A DNA stretch of 32,000 bases from Longivirga aurantiaca (GTDB lineage Bacteria > Actinomycetota > Actinomycetes > S36-B12 > CAIYMF01): assembly GCF_042660085.1 (NCBI RefSeq), contig NZ_JBHSTI010000008.1, positions 1,419,876-1,451,875 of the forward strand, written 5' to 3'. This document shows positions 18,625 to 26,756 of this stretch, piece after piece. The position numbers were made by a program, and so were the translations under genes. The notes beneath the pieces are model-generated. The model ran no database searches. It was not told the DNA's origin and worked only from the letters and a program-made list of their open reading frames with translations. The number at the start of each line of letters is the position of its first letter. Position 1 is the first letter of the stretch.

Positions 18625-21302
18625 TGGACTCCGCCGAGATCCGTAGCCGCTTCCTGCGGTTCTTCGCCGACCGCGGGCACACGCCCGTGCCGTCGGCGTC
18701 GCTGCTCCTCGACGACCCGACGCTGCTGTTCGTGAACGCCGGCATGGTGCCGTTCAAGCCCTACTTCCTCGGCGAGGCGCCGGCTCCGTACGACCGCGCG
18801 ACGTCGGTGCAGAAGTGCGTGCGCACCCTCGACATCGACGAGGTGGGCAAGACCACGCGGCACGCGTCGTTCTTCCAGATGGCCGGCAACTTCAGCTTCG
18901 GCGACTACTTCAAGGAGGGGGCCATCCCGTTCGCGTGGGAGCTGCTCACCTCCTCGGAGGCCGACGGCGGCTACGGCTTCCCCGAGGACAGGCTCTGGGC
19001 GACCGTGTACGACGACGACGACGAGGCCCTCGACATCTGGCACCGCGTCGTCGGCGTCCCCCTCGAGCGGATCCAGCGCCGGGACGCGAAGGACAACTAC
19101 TGGTCGATGGGCGTCCCCGGCCCCGGCGGCCCGTGCTCGGAGATCTACTACGACCGCGGCCCGGAGCACGGCAAGGAGGGCGGTCCCGTCGCCGACGAGG
19201 ACCGCTACCTCGAGGTGTGGAACCTCGTCTTCATGCAGGACGAGCTGTCAGCCGTCCGCAGCAAGACCGACTTCGACGTCCGCCAGCCGCTGCCGGCGAA
19301 GAACATCGACACCGGCATGGGCCTCGAGCGGATGGCCGCGCTGCTGCAGGGCGTCGACAACATCTACGAGATCGACACCACCAAGATGATCCTCGACCGC
19401 GCGGTGGCTCTGTCGGGCGCGCGGTACGGCGCGGGCAGCAGAGACGACGACGTGCGCCTGCGCGTGGTCGCCGACCATGCCCGCACGGTGGCCTTCCTCA
19501 TGCAGGACGGCGTCCTCCCGGGCAACGAGGGCCGCGGCTACGTGCTGCGCCGCATCCTGCGCCGCGTCGTCCGCAACATGCGGCTGCTCGGCTCGAACGA
19601 CCCGGTGATGGGCGAGCTCATCTCCGCCTCGGTCGACGCCATGGGCCCGCAGTACCCCGAGCTCGTCGACGACCTCGGCCGTCTCGTCTCCATCGCGGAG
19701 AACGAGGAGGCGGTGTTCGCCGAGACGCTCCGCACCGGCACGACGCTGTTCGACACCGCCGTGGCCGACCTGCAGAGGAAGGGCGGCACCACCCTCGCGG
19801 GCGACGCCGCGTTCGCGCTGCACGACACGTTCGGCTTCCCCATCGACCTCACGCTGGAGATGGCGGCCGAGAAGGGGATCGAGGTCGACCAGGACGGCTT
19901 CCGCCGCCTCATGACCGAGCAGCGCGACCGCGCCAAGGCCGACGCCAAGGCGCGCAAGGCCGGTCTCACGCCCCTGACGGTCTACAAGGACGTCATGGAC
20001 GCCGCCGGCATCACGGCGTTCACCGGCTACGACGAGGTCGTCTCCGAGGCGACGCTGCGCGGGATCCTCGTCGACGGCGAGGACGTCCGGAGCGCCCGCG
20101 AGGGCACCTCGGTCGAGGTCGTGCTCGACCGCAGCCCGTTCTACGCCGAGGGCGGCGGCCAGCTGGCCGATGCCGGCCTCATCACGCTCGCGGACGGCTC
20201 TGTCGTCGAGATCGCCGATGTCCAGCAGCCCGTTCCCGGTCTCTACGTGCACCGCGGTCGCGTCGTGTCCGGCGAGGCGGTCGTGGGCCAGGCCGCCGTC
20301 GGCCGGGTCGACCTCGAGCGCCGCCGTGCGATCTCGCGCGCGCACACGGCCACGCACCTGGTGCACAAGGCGTTCCGCGACGCGCTCGGCGAGACCGCCA
20401 CGCAGATGGGCTCGGAGAACTCGCCGGGCAGGTTCCGCTTCGACTTCCCGCTCTCGGGCGCTGTCCCGGCCTCGGTCATGGCCGACGTCGAGGCGCGGGT
20501 CAACGACGTCCTCGCCGAGGACCTCGCCGTGACCGCGGAGATCATGAGCCAGGAGCAGGCCCGGGCGGCCGGCGCCATGGCGCTGTTCGGCGAGAAGTAC
20601 GGCGACAAGGTCCGCGTGGTCTCGGTCGGCGACTGGGCCCGCGAGCTCTGCGGTGGCACCCACGCCCAGCGCTCCGGCCAGGTCGGGCTGGTCAAGTTCC
20701 TGTCCGAGGGCTCGATCGGCACCGGCGTGCGCCGGGTCGAGGCCCTCGTCGGCACCGACGCCTACCGGTTCCTCGCGCGCGAGCACCTGCTGGTGGCCCA
20801 GCTCGCCGAGATCGTGAAGGCGCGCCCGGAGGAGCTGCCGGAGCGGGTCGACGCGATCCTCACCAAGCTCAAGGACGCCGAGCGGGAGATCGCGAAGGTC
20901 CGTTCGGCCAGCCTCGTGGCGAACCTCGAGGGCATCCTCGGCAACGCGCAGGAGGTCGGCCAGGTGCGGCTCTGGACCTTCACCGCCCCTGACGGCACCG
21001 ACGCCGGCGGCCTGCGCGAGCTGGTCACCAAGGGTCGGGACGCCGCTCGGCAGGAGATCCCGTCGGTCGTGCTCGGCGCGGCGATCTCGGACGGCAAGGT
21101 GAGCGTGGTCGTCGCGACCAACGCGGCCGGCCGCGCGGCCGGTGCGTCCGCGAACTCCGTGCTGCAGGCGGCGCTCGCCGCGGTGGGCGGCCGAGGCGGC
21201 GGCAAGGACGACATGGCCCAGGGCGGCGGCACCGACGTCACCGGCGTGCAGGCGGCCTTCGCGGCCGCGGCCGGTGCCGTCCGGGCTGCCGTGGGGGCGT
21301 GA
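18624..21302 (+). CDS. alaS: alanine--tRNA ligase
   Basis: 892 aa with 'LLFVNAGMVPFKPYFLG', 'YWSMGVPGPGGPCSEIYYD', the editing-domain motifs 'HTATHLVHKA' and 'CGGTH', and a C-terminal DHHA1-like domain. Confidence 0.97.
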   Translation: MDSAEIRSRFLRFFADRGHTPVPSASLLLDDPTLLFVNAGMVPFKPYFLGEAPAPYDRATSVQKCVRTLDIDEVGKTTRHASFFQMAGNFSFGDYFKEGAIPFAWELLTSSEADGGYGFPEDRLWATVYDDDDEALDIWHRVVGVPLERIQRRDAKDNYWSMGVPGPGGPCSEIYYDRGPEHGKEGGPVADEDRYLEVWNLVFMQDELSAVRSKTDFDVRQPLPAKNIDTGMGLERMAALLQGVDNIYEIDTTKMILDRAVALSGARYGAGSRDDDVRLRVVADHARTVAFLMQDGVLPGNEGRGYVLRRILRRVVRNMRLLGSNDPVMGELISASVDAMGPQYPELVDDLGRLVSIAENEEAVFAETLRTGTTLFDTAVADLQRKGGTTLAGDAAFALHDTFGFPIDLTLEMAAEKGIEVDQDGFRRLMTEQRDRAKADAKARKAGLTPLTVYKDVMDAAGITAFTGYDEVVSEATLRGILVDGEDVRSAREGTSVEVVLDRSPFYAEGGGQLADAGLITLADGSVVEIADVQQPVPGLYVHRGRVVSGEAVVGQAAVGRVDLERRRAISRAHTATHLVHKAFRDALGETATQMGSENSPGRFRFDFPLSGAVPASVMADVEARVNDVLAEDLAVTAEIMSQEQARAAGAMALFGEKYGDKVRVVSVGDWARELCGGTHAQRSGQVGLVKFLSEGSIGTGVRRVEALVGTDAYRFLAREHLLVAQLAEIVKARPEELPERVDAILTKLKDAEREIAKVRSASLVANLEGILGNAQEVGQVRLWTFTAPDGTDAGGLRELVTKGRDAARQEIPSVVLGAAISDGKVSVVVATNAAGRAAGASANSVLQAALAAVGGRGGGKDDMAQGGGTDVTGVQAAFAAAAGAVRAAVGA

Positions 21303-21820
21303 CGTCGCCCACAGACGCCGGATTCCGGCGGGGGATCCGGATCGGCGTGGACGTGGGATCCGTCCGAGTGGGCGTGTCCCGCACCGACCCTGACGGCCTC
21401 CTGGCCGTGCCCGTCGCGACCCTCGACCGCCCCAAGGCGGTCGCGGCGCCGCGCACGGACCTGCTCGGCGTCGCCGACCTGGTGGGGGAGTACGAGCCCC
21501 TCGAGGTGGTCGTGGGCCTGCCTCTGACGCTCGAGGGCGTCGAGGGCCCTGCCACCGAGGCCGTCCGTGCGTGGGTGGCCGACCTGCACCGCGAGCTCGC
21601 CCGACGGGGAACTTCCGTGCCGGTGCGGCTCGTCGACGAACGGATGACCACCGCCGCCGTCACCAAGAGCCTGCGCGCCGCAGGTCGCGACGCGCGCAGC
21701 AGCCGTGCCGTGGTCGACCAGGCCGCGGCTGTCATGATCGTCCAGCACGCGCTCGACGCCGAGCGCGCCACAGGTGCCCCGCCGGGCACCCTCGCGGAGC
21801 CCCCGGAGGACCTCGCATGA
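21299..21820 (+). CDS. ruvX: Holliday junction resolvase-like nuclease RuvX (YqgF)
   Basis: The GTG at 21299 overlaps the alaS stop (GTGA). 173 aa with 'RIGVDVGSVRVGVS', 'VVVGLPLTLEG' and 'VRLVDERMTT'. Confidence 0.9.
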   Translation: MTSPTDAGFRRGIRIGVDVGSVRVGVSRTDPDGLLAVPVATLDRPKAVAAPRTDLLGVADLVGEYEPLEVVVGLPLTLEGVEGPATEAVRAWVADLHRELARRGTSVPVRLVDERMTTAAVTKSLRAAGRDARSSRAVVDQAAAVMIVQHALDAERATGAPPGTLAEPPEDLA

Positions 21821-22899
21821 GCCAGCTCGGACTCGGGATGGACTACGACGAGCCCAGCACCCGTCGTCGCCGCAGCTCGGGGCCGCTCGCGGTGCTCGTG
21901 GCCTTCCTCATGCTGGCGGTGATCGGCGTCGGAGCCTTCCTCGGCATCCGGTCGCTCACCGGCAGCGGGAGCGGCGATTTCGAGGGCGAGGGCTCCGGCA
22001 GCGTCACGATCGTGGTCGCCAAGGGCGACTCCCTCACCGCGATCGGCCGGACGCTGGCCGACGCCGAGGTCGTGGCGTCCTCCGACGCCTTCGTCGGGGC
22101 GGCCTCGTCCGACGACCGGGCCGAGAGCATCGCGCCCGGCGCCTACCAGCTGCGGAAGGGGATGAGCGGCGCCGCGGCGCTCGAGCTCATGCTCGACCCG
22201 GCCTCCCGTCTGGTGCAGAAGGTCGTCGTTCCCGAGGGTCTGCGCTTCGAGAAGACGATCGTGCGGATCACCAAGGGCACCGACCTCACCGAGGACCAGG
22301 TCAAGGAGGCGCTGTCGCGTGCCGGTGCGCTCGGGCTGCCGGCGTACGCCGAGGGCAGCGTCGAGGGCTTCCTGTTCCCGGCTACCTACGAGTTCCAGCC
22401 CGGGGTCGACGCCGACACCGTGGTCAAGGCCATGCTCACCCGGTTCCGGGTCGCGGCCAAGGAGGTCGACCTCGTCGCCGAGGCCAAGAAGCGCAAGCTC
22501 ACGCCGTTCGAGGTGGTCGTGATCGCGAGCCTCGTCCAGGGCGAGAGCGCGCCGGAGGACTACGACAAGGTCGCGCGCGTGGTGTTCAACCGCCTCGAGC
22601 AGGGCATGCCGCTGCAGTTCGACTCCACCGTCAACTACGCGCTCGGCAAGAGCGACCTGCAGCTCTCCGCCGAGGACCTGAAGACCGACAGCCCGTACAA
22701 CACCTACGTGAACAAGGGCCTCCCGCCGGGCCCGATCAACTCGCCCGGCGAGGCCGCGCTCACCGCGGTGCTGAACCCCGCCAAGGGCGACTGGCTCTAC
22801 TTCGTGACCACCGACCCGGACACCCGGACCACGGAGTTCGCCACCACGTACGACGAGTTCCTCGTGCTGAAGCGCAAGTTCCAGGAAAACGTCGGCTAG
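21817..22899 (+). CDS. mltG: endolytic murein transglycosylase MltG (YceG-like)
   Basis: The ATG at 21817 overlaps the ruvX TGA (ATGA). 360 aa with an N-terminal TM helix and the YceG core ('LVQGESAPEDYDKVARVVFNRLEQGMPLQFDSTVNY', 'SPYNTYVNKGLPPGPINSPG'). Confidence 0.93.
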   Translation: MSQLGLGMDYDEPSTRRRRSSGPLAVLVAFLMLAVIGVGAFLGIRSLTGSGSGDFEGEGSGSVTIVVAKGDSLTAIGRTLADAEVVASSDAFVGAASSDDRAESIAPGAYQLRKGMSGAAALELMLDPASRLVQKVVVPEGLRFEKTIVRITKGTDLTEDQVKEALSRAGALGLPAYAEGSVEGFLFPATYEFQPGVDADTVVKAMLTRFRVAAKEVDLVAEAKKRKLTPFEVVVIASLVQGESAPEDYDKVARVVFNRLEQGMPLQFDSTVNYALGKSDLQLSAEDLKTDSPYNTYVNKGLPPGPINSPGEAALTAVLNPAKGDWLYFVTTDPDTRTTEFATTYDEFLVLKRKFQENVG

Positions 22900-22904
22900 C
22901 GACG

Positions 22905-23750
22905 ATGTCGGCTGGACGCAGGCGGGCGGCGGTGCTGGGGCACCCGGTCGCCCACTCGCTCTCCCCGGTGCTGCACCGGGCCGCGTACTCCGCCCTCGGG
23001 CTCGACTGGGACTACGGCCTGCACGACGTCACCGAGGACGGCCTCGCCGGCTTCGTGGCAGCCCTGGACGACTCCTGGGCGGGGTTCTCGCTCACGATGC
23101 CGCTCAAGGAGGCCGTGATCCCGCTGCTGGACGACGTCGACCTCGTCGCCCTCGCCACGGGCGCGGTCAACACCGTCGTGCTCGACCGGGACGGCCGGCA
23201 CGGCTGGAACACCGACGTGCACGGGATCGTGGCCGCTCTGGACGAGCAGGGGGCCGCAGCCTCGACCGGCGCCGTGCTCGGCGCCGGGGCCACCGCCCGT
23301 TCGGCGGTCGCCGCCCTTGCCCGCCGCGGCACGACCGACGTCGTCCTGGTCGCGCGCCGGCCCGAGGCCGCTGCGGCGGTCCTCGCCACCGCGCTGCAGG
23401 TCGGCGTGGCCGTGGAGGTGCTCGGCTGGGACTCGGTGCCGGACGCGCTCGAGGCCGACTGCGTGGTGTCGACAGTGCCGACCGGGGTCGTCGACCCGTT
23501 CGCGCCGGGCGTGACCGCCGCCGGTGGCCCTCGAGGCTGCCTGCTCGACGTCGTCTACGACCCCTGGCCCACCCCGCTGGCAGCCGCCTGGGCCGCCGCG
23601 GGCGGCAGCGTGGCGTCGGGCCTCGACATGCTCCTGCACCAGGCCGTGCGCCAGGTCGAGCTCATGACCGGGCTGACCCCGCCCATCGAGGCGATGCGGT
23701 CAGCGCTGGCAGCAGCGGCCGCTGCTCGAGGGGCCTCCGGAGCGGGCTGA
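22905..23750 (+). CDS. aroE: shikimate dehydrogenase
   Basis: ATG at 22905. 281 aa with 'AAVLGHPVAHSLSPVLHRAAY', 'FSLTMPLKEAV', 'GAVNTVV' and the NAD(P)-binding 'VLGAGATARSA'. Confidence 0.9.
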   Translation: MSAGRRRAAVLGHPVAHSLSPVLHRAAYSALGLDWDYGLHDVTEDGLAGFVAALDDSWAGFSLTMPLKEAVIPLLDDVDLVALATGAVNTVVLDRDGRHGWNTDVHGIVAALDEQGAAASTGAVLGAGATARSAVAALARRGTTDVVLVARRPEAAAAVLATALQVGVAVEVLGWDSVPDALEADCVVSTVPTGVVDPFAPGVTAAGGPRGCLLDVVYDPWPTPLAAAWAAAGGSVASGLDMLLHQAVRQVELMTGLTPPIEAMRSALAAAAAARGASGAG

Positions 23751-23853
23751 GCGAGGGCAGAAGCGCCGCGGGGCTCAAGCCGGGCCTCCCAGGCGCCGAA
23801 AGCATGCTCGGAGGGTCATCTGACCTCCGTCCTGCGACTCGTCGAGGTGTCCC

Positions 23854-24432
23854 ATGTCCGGCCAGCTCCCCTCCACCGGTCGCGCGGCCCGACTCGATCG
23901 TGCGCTCGCCGACCTCCTGGCCCAGGCTCCCGAGCTCGAGGCGGCCGCCGTGGTGTCCTTCGACGGGCTCGCGATGGCCTCGCGGCTGCCGTCCGGCATG
24001 GACGAGGACCGCGTGGCGGCGATGAGCGCCGCGCTCCTCAGCCTCGGCGAGAAGGCCGCGCAGGGCCTCGGTCGCGGCGACCTCTCCCAGGTGTACGTCG
24101 AGGGCGAGTCCGGCACCGTCTTCCTGATCTCCGCCGACGACGAGGCAGTCCTGGTCGCCGTCGCCGCAGCCGGCGCCAAGGCCGGGCTCATGCTCTACGA
24201 GGTCCGCCGCGCCGCGTCCGCCGTCGGCCAGGTGCTGCGCGAGGCCGCCCCCGTCGTCGCCGAGCCGACCGTGGACGAGCAGGCGCTGGCCGAGGCGGAG
24301 GCCGCGTACGAGGCCTACCGCGCCTCGCAGGCGGTGGCGCCCATGGTCGACGCACCCCCTGCCCCGGACCCGGTCCCCGCGTGGGACCCCTACGCCACCG
24401 AGCCCGTCTCCTCCGTCCGATCCTGGTCCTGA
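23854..24432 (+). CDS. Roadblock/LC7 (MglB/CvnB-like) domain protein with a C-terminal Pro/Ala/Glu-rich extension
   Basis: 192 aa. An ATG is preceded by GAGGTG. Residues ~15-130 ('LDRALADLLAQAPELEAAAVVSFDGLAMASRLP...VYVEGESGTVFLISADDEAVLVAVAAAGAKAGLMLYEVRRAA') have the alternating pattern typical of Roadblock/LC7 proteins. This is a recognition-level call without HMM confirmation. Confidence 0.75.
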   Translation: MSGQLPSTGRAARLDRALADLLAQAPELEAAAVVSFDGLAMASRLPSGMDEDRVAAMSAALLSLGEKAAQGLGRGDLSQVYVEGESGTVFLISADDEAVLVAVAAAGAKAGLMLYEVRRAASAVGQVLREAAPVVAEPTVDEQALAEAEAAYEAYRASQAVAPMVDAPPAPDPVPAWDPYATEPVSSVRSWS

Positions 24433-24467
24433 CCGGTTCCCACCACCACTGAAGGAGGGGCGCACCC

Positions 24468-25742
24468 GTGAAGCTCGAGGGCTCCCTCGACGCGTTCGGT
24501 CTCCCTGACGTCGTCACGCTGCTCGCGACGACCGGCAAGACCGGCGGTCTGCTGCTGCGCCGGACGGGCGACGACCGAACCATGACCGAGGGTGCGGTCT
24601 GGTTCCGTGACGGCCGCGTGTGCGGTGCGACGTCGGACCGGTCGCGCGCGTCCCTGGTACGCCGGGTGGTGGGCTCCGGCGCCGTGGACGACAACGCCCT
24701 GCGCCAGGCCGTCTCGCGAGCCGTGTCCGCTGGTGGGGGAGTGGCACGTGCCCTCCTCGAGTCGGGATCGGTCGACCCCGACCTCCTGCGCCAGGCCGCG
24801 GACGACCAGACCGTGGATGCCGTCTTCGACCTCCTGCGCTGGAGCGCGGGCGACTTCGCCTTCGACCCGGGCGCCTCCGACCCCGACGACATCGGGCTGG
24901 CCGTCGAGCACGGGCGGGTGCTGGCCGAGGCCCGCGCCCGTGTCGAGGCCTGGGCCTCGCTCATCGTGGTCATCCCCAGCGTGGACTCCGTGCTGACCGT
25001 GCCCACGGTGCTCGGCCACGACCCCGAGGTGTCGCGCGACGAGTGGGCGCTGCTGTCCCTCGTGGACGGGCACCGCCGTGTCGGCGACCTGGTGGAGCTC
25101 ACCGGGGCGGGCGAGTTCGCCGTCACCACCATCCTGGCCCGCCTGGCCCAGCGCGGGCTCCTGCACGTGAAGGACGCCGCGGCCCCCGACCACGTCGCCA
25201 TCGTGGAGCGCCGGCTCGGCATGCTCGCCTCGATCGAAGGGTCCTCGCCCGCGGTGCCCGAGGCGCCGCAGCAGCAGCAGCCCGTGGCCGTCGAGGAGCC
25301 TGTCGCCGGGCCCGGCGCCCAGGGCATGTCTGCGGCCGCTGCCCTCGCCGCAGCCCGTGCGGCACAGGGACTCCCGCAGTCCGGCAACCCCGGATCCGGG
25401 GCGAAGAGGACACCGCGGCACGAGGTCGTGCCGCCACGTCCGGAGCCCTTCCTGCCCGGACGACGCCCTGAGCACCCGGAGCCCGCTCCCGAGCGTGTCG
25501 CCGGTGCCTCGGCGCACCGCGCTACCCCGGCCTACTCCGCGCCGGCGTCTCCCGTGGGTGTCCCGTTCCCCGGCTCGATCGGCAGCCGCGCGGGCTCGGT
25601 CGAGGGAGCGACCGCCCGGTCGCTGGCCGATCCGGATCAGCTCCCGGCCCCGGACCCGCGGCACGACTCCACCATCGAGCGCGACCCCGCGATGAACCGC
25701 AGCCTGCTGCTGCGCCTCATCGCCGGCGTGAGGGGGCTCTGA
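24468..25742 (+). CDS. DUF4388 (PATAN) domain protein with a winged-helix-like middle segment and a long disordered C-terminal half
   Basis: 424 aa. The GTG at 24468 lies 7 nt after GAAGGAGGGG. The N-terminus 'MKLEGSLDAFGLPDVVTLLATTGKTGGLLL' is the DUF4388 signature. It also has 'EWALLSLVDGHRRVGDLVELTGAGEFAVTTILARLAQRGLLHV', then a Pro-rich tail ending in 'MNRSLLLRLIAGVRGL'. Confidence 0.75.
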   Translation: MKLEGSLDAFGLPDVVTLLATTGKTGGLLLRRTGDDRTMTEGAVWFRDGRVCGATSDRSRASLVRRVVGSGAVDDNALRQAVSRAVSAGGGVARALLESGSVDPDLLRQAADDQTVDAVFDLLRWSAGDFAFDPGASDPDDIGLAVEHGRVLAEARARVEAWASLIVVIPSVDSVLTVPTVLGHDPEVSRDEWALLSLVDGHRRVGDLVELTGAGEFAVTTILARLAQRGLLHVKDAAAPDHVAIVERRLGMLASIEGSSPAVPEAPQQQQPVAVEEPVAGPGAQGMSAAAALAAARAAQGLPQSGNPGSGAKRTPRHEVVPPRPEPFLPGRRPEHPEPAPERVAGASAHRATPAYSAPASPVGVPFPGSIGSRAGSVEGATARSLADPDQLPAPDPRHDSTIERDPAMNRSLLLRLIAGVRGL

Positions 25743-26317
25743 TGGCAGCGCGCAAGCACCGCCGACAGGGCGGCCAGGCCGTGAAGATCGTGGTCACCGG
25801 TCCGTTCGCGGCGGGCAAGACGACACTGATCCGCACGATCAGCGAGATCACGGTGCTCTCGACCGAGCGCGGCATCACCGACGACACCCGCACCCGCAAG
25901 CCCGAGACGACCGTGGCGATGGACTTCGGGCGCATCACGATCGACCGCGATCTGGTGCTCTACCTGTTCGGCACGCCCGGCCAGGAGCGCTTCGACTTCA
26001 TGTGGGAGATCCTCGGCGAGGGGATGCTCGGCTACGTCCTGCTCGTCGACGCGGACCGCCCCGAGACCCTCGGCGAGGCAGCAGGGATCCTGGCCGCCTT
26101 CCGCCGGATGGCGCACGTCCCCTTCGTCGTGGCGCTCAACCGCAGCGCCGAGGTCGACCCCCGGGCCGAGGATCTGGTCCGCGAGGCGCTCGAGCTGAGC
26201 CCGGGCACCCCGGTCGTCCCGTGCGACGCCACGGACAAGGACTCGGTCAAGGGCGTCCTGCTCGCGCTGCTCTACAGCGTGCTCGACGACATCGAAGCGA
26301 CCGCGGCCCACGCGTAG
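25742..26317 (+). CDS. small Ras-like P-loop GTPase, CvnD/MglA-like ('ATP/GTP-binding protein')
   Basis: The ATG at 25742 overlaps the upstream TGA (TGATG). 191 aa with G1 'GPFAAGKTT', switch I 'ETTVAMDFG' and G3 'LFGTPGQERF' (no Asp). Where NKxD is expected it reads 'ALNRSA'. It closely resembles my recollection of Streptomyces conservon CvnD proteins ('TTVAMDFGRI...LYLFGTPGQ.RF.FMW'). Confidence 0.8.
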   Translation: MAARKHRRQGGQAVKIVVTGPFAAGKTTLIRTISEITVLSTERGITDDTRTRKPETTVAMDFGRITIDRDLVLYLFGTPGQERFDFMWEILGEGMLGYVLLVDADRPETLGEAAGILAAFRRMAHVPFVVALNRSAEVDPRAEDLVREALELSPGTPVVPCDATDKDSVKGVLLALLYSVLDDIEATAAHA

Positions 26318-26326
26318 GAGGAGCCG

Positions 26327-26629
26327 ATGCGCCTGCTGCGATGGTCCCGTCGCCGTACCGAACCGGTCGGCCGGCATTCGCGCGTCCTGACGGGCATCAG
26401 CATGACGGGCGCCGCGGCGAGCCTCGTGAGCTCCACGGTCACCGCGGAGTCGGTCGTGGCCGAGGCCGAGGAGGTGGCCGCGTCCTCACGCTCGGTGACC
26501 GCCACGGGCGAGCCGGCGGTGACGCTGGGGTTCGCCGACGGCGCGAGCGTGGCGCTGGAGGCCGACGACCCTCGTGTGCGCACCTTCCGGGCGGCCGCGG
26601 CCGCCCTGCTCGACGCCCCGCGCCCCTGA
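26327..26629 (+). CDS. hypothetical 100-aa protein (no recognisable domain)
   Basis: The ATG follows the SD AGGAGGAG (26316-26323), which overlaps the GTPase stop. Third-codon-position GC is very high (~90% by eye), consistent with genuine coding sequence. The gap from the GTPase gene is 9 nt. Confidence 0.55.
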   Translation: MRLLRWSRRRTEPVGRHSRVLTGISMTGAAASLVSSTVTAESVVAEAEEVAASSRSVTATGEPAVTLGFADGASVALEADDPRVRTFRAAAAALLDAPRP

Positions 26630-26756
26630 CGCGTCCGGCCCCGTCCGCCGTCCGGGCTACAGACGACCGCTCGCTGTGCCGAACAGGTGAAGGGGAGCCT
26701 GGTGCTCCCGCGAGACCCGGCCGCCGCCGGGGACGTCCGAGCCGGGAGAACGCATC

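Noticed and set aside
23847-24452. 201-aa + strand ORF in an alternative frame of the Roadblock gene
   Set aside because: The translation is Arg/Pro/Gly-rich with no motifs. The 23854 frame gives a Roadblock-like sequence with an SD-preceded ATG.
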